Source: the human T2T-CHM13v2.0 reference genome, Homo sapiens. From it: DNA of 64,000 nucleotides. Location of the stretch: the NCBI RefSeq assembly GCF_009914755.1, contig NC_060929.1, one strand, 5' to 3'. Below the pieces are notes generated by a model, which did not search any database, was not told the origin of the DNA, and worked only from the letters and a program-made list of their open reading frames with translations. A program made the translations under genes and the position numbers. Shown here in pieces: positions 55,581 to 64,000 of the stretch (the stretch's first letter is position 1; every line of letters starts with the position of its first letter).

Positions 55581-55931
55581 GGGCTGCGAGCCGGGGGCCG
55601 GACAAGCCTGAGCGTCACATCACTGACTGTGCCGCCACGCCATTGGGCCGGGGGAGGGCGGCGGCCGCGGCCAGCAACAGCCTAGGCGCGGGGCGGGGCG
55701 TCGCGGCCGGGGTGGGGCGACGGGGAGGGGGCGGGGCCTGAACTACTGGGAGGACGTGCCTGCGTGCAACGCGCTGGGGGGCGGGGCGCTGCGAGGGGGC
55801 GGATCTGTGCCCATCGAAGCGGCCCGAGGCAGCTCGAGTTCTGAGATCTCGCTGGCTCTTCTCCTCTCGGATTTTCGGGGTGCTCCCTTAGGGAATCTTT
55901 CGGTCCCATCTCAGAGACCCCAGAAGGGAAG

Positions 55932-56275
55932 TGTATTAGTGCGTTTTCACGCTGCTGATAAAGACATACCCGAGATTGGGTAATTTATAAAGATAAAAAG
56001 ATTTAATGCACTCAGAGTTCCACGTGGCTGGGGAGGCCTCACAATCAAGCCAGAAGGGGAAAGGCACGTCTTACATGGCAGCAGGCAAGAGAGGAAAATC
56101 AGAGCCAAGGAAAAAGGGAAACCCCATATAAAACAATCAGCTCTCCTGAGACGTACTCACTACCACCAGAGCAGCATGGGGGAAACAGCCTTCTTGATTC
56201 AATTATCTCCCACTAGGTCCCTCCCACAATATGTGGGAATCATGGGAGCTAAAATTCAAATTTGGGTGCGGACCA
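55932..56275 (-). mobile_element. THE1 (B/C-like) MaLR solo LTR directly upstream of the FEM1C promoter
   Basis: tgtattagt.cgttttcacgctgctgataaagacatacccgaga.tgggtaatttataaag...gttccacgtggctggggaggcctcacaatc...attcaattatctcccact. Confidence 0.9.
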
Positions 56276-57420
56276 GTATTACCCTCACACACGTGAAGTC
56301 TCTCGGACTAGTCTTCCGTCCTTACTTTGGTGGGCCCTGGAAATTACCAAGCTCGTAATTACACCTCAGAACACACACGGAGGAAACTGAAATTTCAGAA
56401 AATGTGATTAGTTTTGGAGGCTGTCAAACTGACTCTCTTTCTAAAGTAGCCTCTAAAAAGCATAAAGGCTACGAGGAATGGTAAACCCTAAGAGCAATGT
56501 AAAGTCAATGAGGTCAGGTTCTTGAGCTCTGAGTAATAAATCGGGAACTAAAGCTTAAAAGGTTATATATATGAATGAAAAGAATTACTTCTTCATATAG
56601 TAGTTGATAAACCTCTGGAATTTGATGCTAAAACCTACGTTGCATTAAACTAGGATGAAAAAGTTTAAATGTGTTTGGGAAATAACGCCCATAATGAATC
56701 CTGATGAGAAAACAGAATTTTTGAAAATGGACCTTCAATCACTTTGTTTGAGGGAACTTAAGCTCACATAATTCCTTAGTACCACTAGGAGAAATAGAAT
56801 ATTACAGTAGGCAGTCTGACCCTCAGCATATGTAATCCATAACGTTATGTTAGAAGTCATGCAGCACTAAAAACATTTATAAAAAATCACAACTTCATTT
56901 TTGTATATTGTAGTGTTGTTCAGAAGTTTATGTAGTTTTGCATAATTGAAATAATTTTCATACAACTATATATTTTGCTTTTCCTTTCTATACTCTAAAC
57001 GTTTCTTATGTTTTTACAGTCTTAATAATTTTTAAGTATAGCATAGTATTTCCCTTAGGTAGTCAGTATCAGACTACACTCAACATCAGATTCCCAAAAC
57101 TGAAGTTAAGGTAATTGCCACTGAGAAGAAAATATAAAAGAATAGAGTATAAAGGATAAGATTGACCATCCATAAAAATTAACCAGCCAAGAGGACTGGC
57201 TGTTTTATCCCCAGCATATGTCACAGTTCTATACTCTCCCAGGGTACAGATAACAGTGTACAGTGTCCCAACCAAGGCCTAACCTGAGCTGACCTGTCTC
57301 TCTCACCTAATTCAATAAGATGTAAACATTCACATCAGCCATCTTCAAACTGAGCTCTGTATCCCTCATGGGATTGTTAAGGGATAGACGGACACTTAGT
57401 TTAAAGGCTACCAATTTCTG

Positions 57421-57721
57421 CTGTGGCTCACACCTGTAATCCCAGAACTTTCGGAGGCTGAGACAGGCAGATTGCTTGAACCCAAGAGGTCGAGACCAGC
57501 CTGGACAACATGGTGAAATCCCAACTCCACACACACGCACACACACATGCACGCACACGCACACACACACAAAAAATTAGTCAGGCATGGCATGCAGGAG
57601 GCTGAGGTGGCAGGATCACCTGAGCTGAGCTGGGGAGATCAAGGCTATAGTGAGCCATGATCACACCACTGTGCTGCAGCCTGGGCCACAGAAGGAAACT
57701 CTGTCAAAAAAAAAAAAAAAA
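57421..57721 (+). mobile_element. AluJ with (CA)n in its middle linker
   Basis: TSD aaaggctacca(a/g)tttctg at 57403-57420 and 57722-57739. Confidence 0.88.
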
Positions 57722-58064
57722 AAAGGCTACCAGTTTCTGAATCTTCAATTTACACCTACGTTCTTTCCTAAATTGATCTGCTGGTAAAGGAATATGGTCA
57801 AGGTGTCTCATTTCCCAACTCTTTCACAATAGCTGTATGTTTCCCAATTTGTAAAAGGAAAGACATTTGAGAATCTTACAGGCATTGCTCTGGGTTATAA
57901 AAGGCTCAGCAATCTTTGCCAATTCTTTATAAATTTAAAACACTGATCTATATTAGAAAGTGTATACTTCTAATGACTGGGTAACAAATTCTTTTGCAAG
58001 TCAGATGATTTCCAAATAATTGCTTTGAAAAAAGTATGACCTAAAGATCACTGATATCGATTAG

Positions 58065-58439
<375 letters not shown>

Positions 58440-58693
58440 TAATGTGAAAACATTTTCTCAGAATTTATAAAAATGAAAAATTGAGAAAACATTGAATCTG
58501 AACTTTGTCTCATTCTAGTAAGAAGTAGTATTTAACAATAAATGTGTGCACTTAATTGTAAAACATCACATTTAATAATCAAAAAATTTATATTTTGTAT
58601 TGTTTTGAATACTTGAAAATTACTAATAAATACAATGATGCCTCAATCTGGAAGAAAATGAGCACCTAGGGTCTTTAGTTATAAGAAACTTAA

Positions 58694-59109
<416 letters not shown>

Positions 59110-59128
59110 TGATTCATAAAACACATTC

Positions 59129-59430
59129 AGCTAGGCATAGTGGCTCACGCCTGTAATCCCAGCATTTTGGGAGGCCCAGGCAGGAGGATTGCTTGAGCCC
59201 AGAAGTTCAAGACCAGGCTGGGCAACAGAGTGAGACCCTGTCTCTACAAAAAACTTAAAAATTAGCCAAGCATGGAAGTACATGCTTGCAGTCCCAGCTA
59301 CTCCAGAGGCTGAGGTGGGAGGATCACTTGAGCCTGGGAGGTTGAGGCTTCAGTGAGCTGTGATTGCACCACTGCAGTCTAGCCTAGGTAACAGAGCGAG
59401 ATACTGTCTCAAAAACAAAAACAAAAAACA
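59129..59430 (+). mobile_element. AluJ
   Basis: ggaggattgcttgagcccagaagttcaagacc...gaggtgggaggatcacttgagcctggg. Confidence 0.88.
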
Positions 59431-59984
59431 TATTCAAACATAAAAGTACATTAATTAGGATATATTCCTGAGGAATGGGATGTGGAATGGAATTATAAAT
59501 GCGAAGAGAAAATAAATTATGTAAAAATATCCTATAGGTAAATAATAATTTGTTCATATATTTTTTTAAATGGTTCATAGTAAGCATAACTGCTATGATA
59601 TTTAGATTTCGTTGGATTCATTTAAAAGCATGTTTTATTTAAAAATGTTAATTTTTACATTTTGCGGAAAATTGCAACCTTTGCGAATACTTAAACTTAT
59701 GATGAAAAATTTTAGGTGACAATTGAAAAATATGTAGGAGGGTAGATAGCATCTCATGTGCATGAGTAAAAATGTTTGAAGACTTAATTGAAATGTTTGG
59801 AGACTTATTCACAACCCCCTATTGGAAGTCATTTCCATTTCTAAAGAACATTTGTTCTTCCAATCTTTGATTTTTTTTTTCTTAAATAGAAAATCAACTA
59901 AATTTCCTTTTATATAGATTTTACATTGTGTTTCTAAATGCCCACCTCTTTTCTACCTTCCATCAATGGGAGGGACAACTTTTT

Positions 59985-60022
59985 TGTTTGGTTTGGTTGG
60001 TTTGCTTTGGATTGGTTTGGTT
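59985..60022. repeat. (TTTGG)n-like simple repeat
   Basis: gtttggtttggttggtttgctttggattggtttggtt. Confidence 0.8.
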
Positions 60023-61126
60023 ATTAAGACTTTGATGTCTGGTTAAATCAGCAATTACTGTCTTCCTGAAAGCCACAGAATGCTACTGGGGCATAACAGG
60101 AAGACTCATTTTTAAGGGGTCTGTAGGGGGAGCCAAAGACTGGAAAAGGGGAAAGGGACCAGAGACAGCCTCTGAATTACCCATTCAGGTAAGTACCCAG
60201 AGATGACAGACAAAAAGGGGAACCACTTCCGGGAGCCAAGGTGAATATTCAGGCTTCCCCGACGGGGGAGCAAAGTGTTACTTGCATCCAGAGCATTTCC
60301 CTAGGCCCAAGGCTTTATAATGTAAGCCCAGAGGAGACATTACCCCTTACCTGAAAGGCTGATGGGGAGGAGGAATTGGATCAGCAAAAAGGGGACACCC
60401 TAATTATAGAACAATGAACATTTTCAGGCCTATAAGTTGTTTTCTTCTTCTCACATATTGCCTTGGGATAAATTTCCAAGAGTTGGATTACAGAATGTCT
60501 TTTTGGCTTTTCATATACATTGTTATACTATTTCCTAGAAGACTTAGACCAATCTGTCACCACCAGCAAGGCACTATTGACTTCACCAAACATTGAACCC
60601 ACTTGATATTATATTTTTTGAAAATTCTTACTGGTTTTGTATGTGTTAAATGATACCGCCAAGTTTCCCAAATTTACCTGGCTACCCTTGGGATTTTTTT
60701 GGTCTGTGCAATATCCTTGAATTAGTAGAACATTCCTTCTATAGTATTCCTTCTGGGGATTGTCAAACATTTAATTCCTGCCAGTCTATATTTAAACCAG
60801 AAACCTCAGTGAAACAGTTTGCTTGCACGGTTTTGGTATACTTTGGTAACTTGTTCTAATTTGAGAAATGGCCAGGATGAATTTTTTTTAAATCTCTAGT
60901 TTTTGGTAACTAACTGGGCATAGTTCTATTTAGAAAAGTATGAAAAGAATCTACTTTCATGAATTTAAAAGTTACACAAAAATAGCATAGCAAGGTGTAC
61001 GCTTCTTGTGCTATTTAGAAATGTCTTTCTCATATAAGTCCGCTTTATTAACACTGATAATTTGCTCAAGGTGAGATATTTTAATTGTCATAAATTCATT
61101 CACCACCTTAAAAATTATTGAATCCT

Positions 61127-61425
<299 letters not shown>

Positions 61426-61439
61426 AAAGTTATGGAATC

Positions 61440-61740
61440 CTATTATGTACTATGTTAGATACTGGATGAATATGACATAATCTCTACTTTTGAGGAATTG
61501 ATGGTCTGTAGGAGAAATGTAGCTATAAACAGATGAAAACAAAATATGTGTATAAACAACAGTGAGAGCCCAAAGAACAGAGCTGCTAACTCTGCTTGAG
61601 CAAATCTGGGAAGGAGGTGAAGGTTAAATGGAATTTTAAAGGATTAGTAGGAGGAAGCCTAGCCAAAAGTCAGCAGGAGGGGGGTGGGAGGGGGCACCAT
61701 CCAGAATGCTGGAGCTGAGAGAACACGTGAGATGTTCCCT
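61440..61740 (-). mobile_element. L2 fragment
   Basis: Degenerate antisense L2 motifs (tattatgtactatgttagatactgg...gacataatctctacttttgaggaattgatggtct). Confidence 0.45.
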
Positions 61741-64000
61741 TCTTTCTTCCTGCTTCCCCCGTGCCAGGGAGAGAGTGGTGCCCTAAGCTACCCTCTGAAC
61801 GACCAAAAATCCCTACTCCCCTCACTCAAAGTGTATCCTAATATTAACACACCATTTCCTATTCCTACAGCTCAACCAGCTTTCATATTTTCTTCATGCA
61901 GCTTCTCTCTTGCAGGTTTTAGGAGGAGTGAGACCCCACTTAAGGTTATTTACTTAAAGCAAGAATACTTCCTTGGGGTACTAGCATTTTAAAAAGGAAA
62001 CTTGTGAACCCAAATTAATTTTAAAATTGTAGAAATATGCACGCAAGAATTCTTTTAGCAGGGAGATTTCCAGGTTCCCTTTGGGTAGTTTGGTCTTATC
62101 TTTACTTCTCTGAATGAAGCAAGATAAGGAGGCAGCAACTCAGTCACCAAATTCTGTTAATTTTCTCTTGGCCCAGTCTCCCTCTATAGTATGGGGTTAT
62201 CATTTCACTTATCACATTATTACAAGCTAGAAATCTTATGTCATTATAAAAGTATCCATTTATTTCCTTTGTTGTCTTATTTCCTGAAGTTGTCAGGGCC
62301 CTAACTCTAGCTCTCTAGCCACACCCTAAGTGACGAACTCTGGTCCTGAGTTCCCCATCACCACCCAGACTGATGTCAGATGGGGCCAGGTTCTTCTCAG
62401 TTTTCAACACATGCGACCCCACCCAAAGTCACTGGATCCACGCTTTATTAGAGAGGGATGAGTCAGATCTCTACTAACCCAGTAGTCTATCTAAGTCTCC
62501 ACACAGAACAAGGACTCCCTATCGTCTCCCATACCTGGGTCAAGGGCACTCCCACCTCCTCTCCCAGGCCTGGGGAGAGTGCCTCAGACTCCACTGCAAT
62601 GCCCCTGTTGACCAGGACTAGACACTCGAATGATCTTCTGGTGCTTTCCTCTTTCAGAACTCACAAAACAAACTTTGATTTTACAGCCTCACTCTCTAGG
62701 TGTCTTCACATCCTGGCACCAGTTCCCAACTATATCAAAGCTGCCTTCTCACACACACACCAACACCATCCCCACACAAGAGCTCCCAGCCACCTCCTCA
62801 GATGCTTAGCTCGAAGGCCCTCTTCCCCCTATTTGAATAGGAACAAATCACTATGGATGATTCTCTCTCTCTCCCAAGGTGATTACTCCAAACTCCAGAG
62901 CTGCTTCAACACCCCCCCAAGTGCTCTCTGGTCTAGGAACCTCATGCCATTCATCCTCCCAGTGGAATTTACTATGTTCTAGTGTGGAATTCTGTGAGGA
63001 TCAGCTCCACCTCATTTCCTATCCCCCTGACTTTCTGGGCGTCTAGTGACTGTGTCCACTGACTCTGTGCCTCCCACTCCATCTTTAGGTCCTTCCTACA
63101 CAGGCACAGGGTGTTCCACTGCTGCCATTCTCTGAAGAGGCCAGTGCCTCAGAAAGAAAGGTCACTTTCCCCAGCCCCAATCCCACCTGTTTTTGGCTTC
63201 TTTCTCCTGCTGCCAATTGGCAGTTCCAATATGTCTTGTCCATATCCCAGCCCTGAACTCAGTCATGACGGTAGGGACCTTCACTTTGACTCTTTCTTGT
63301 TGGAGCCAGCCATGAACCCATCTTCAAACTCCCAATACTTATGATTGGAAACCCCCTGGCCAGTTGTTGCCTGGATTGTAACTGGGGCTACTGTATCTCT
63401 TAATAATGACTCCCATTTGGCTCTTCCACTGGCATTATTCTCTGCACCTAGGTTAGTTCTTCAAAGCCTGTCCCATTGTAGTGGGTAGGTCTCATGCCAA
63501 GTCTTGGCCTCTCTTCCTGCCACATGTGGCCATACATACAATCAAATCTTGAGTTACAACTGCTAGTCAGAGGGGATAAGCCCCTTAGTGTATGTTCTGT
63601 GAGTTCAGTGCTATTGTGGAGCATGCCTGAGGACCCATCTGAAGACTTTCATTAGTGGTAGGTCTGTGCTACCTAAGGTTCTCCCCATGAGAAGCATAGA
63701 TCAGATCCTCAGAAGCAGGCTGGCAGATGTGTCCTTGACACTGAGTACTGCTGTATGTTTATCCTCTTTAAGCTCAGTACAGTCAATCAGTTTTCCATGA
63801 TTTATTTTATTTTGGCTAAGTCAGTTTACTGTTATTTATTTTAACTAATAAGTAAGTGTTTTCCCATGTGCTTCAGACAAGCTTCAATTCCTTAGTCAGA
63901 GGCACCCAGTCCAAGGATACCTAAAACAGCCCTCACCTTCCAAGTCCTTATTGAAAGTAACCCTCTGATTAGCCATTTGTGGAGGGCAGGCATATTTCTT

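Larger units (their letters stand above)
54890..55930. promoter_or_regulatory. FEM1C: CpG island / FEM1C promoter
   Basis: Very GC- and CpG-rich against an AT-rich background. GGGGCGGGGC Sp/KLF boxes near 55690, 55728 and 55779; CCAAT on the minus strand (attgg 55642-55646); no TATA box. Confidence 0.9.

Noticed and set aside
54780-55685. 301-aa plus-strand ORF (and overlapping 55097-55618, 55081-55476) across the promoter
   Set aside because: Non-ATG start and Pro/Ala/Arg-rich low complexity; stop-codon scarcity is expected in a CpG island; no domain.

Overview
Primate, most likely human, genomic DNA (AluY/S/J, THE1, MST, MLT, L1M, L2, MIR, Tigger3, MER58). It is not microbial, so CRISPR arrays and operons are not expected and none were seen. 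The window holds one complete protein-coding gene on the minus strand, FEM1C (CRL2 substrate receptor; recalled location 5q22.3). Its structure is a non-coding exon 1 in a CpG island (~55325-55580), exon 2 (53752-54485, ATG at 54295) and exon 3 (CDS 35107-36416 plus a ~3.4 kb 3'UTR ending near 31710), giving 617 aa. A full-length processed CCT5 pseudogene with target-site duplications (22853-24728, +) is inserted in an old L1. The rest is mostly interspersed repeats, and nearly all other ORF-track entries are spurious. I found no convincing new multi-gene system. The best leads are: (1) an unexplained 108-bp fold-back hairpin with a nested palindrome and tandem copy at ~14.7-14.9 kb; (2) two AUG uORFs in the FEM1C leader, one in strong Kozak context, ahead of a suboptimal main AUG; (3) FEM1C, an Arg/C-degron receptor, itself ending in Arg behind a double stop; (4) a CpG-retaining sense-oriented THE1 LTR abutting the promoter; (5) several templated-insertion and duplication scars. 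Repeat subfamily calls come from recalled consensus sequences, and their boundaries are approximate.
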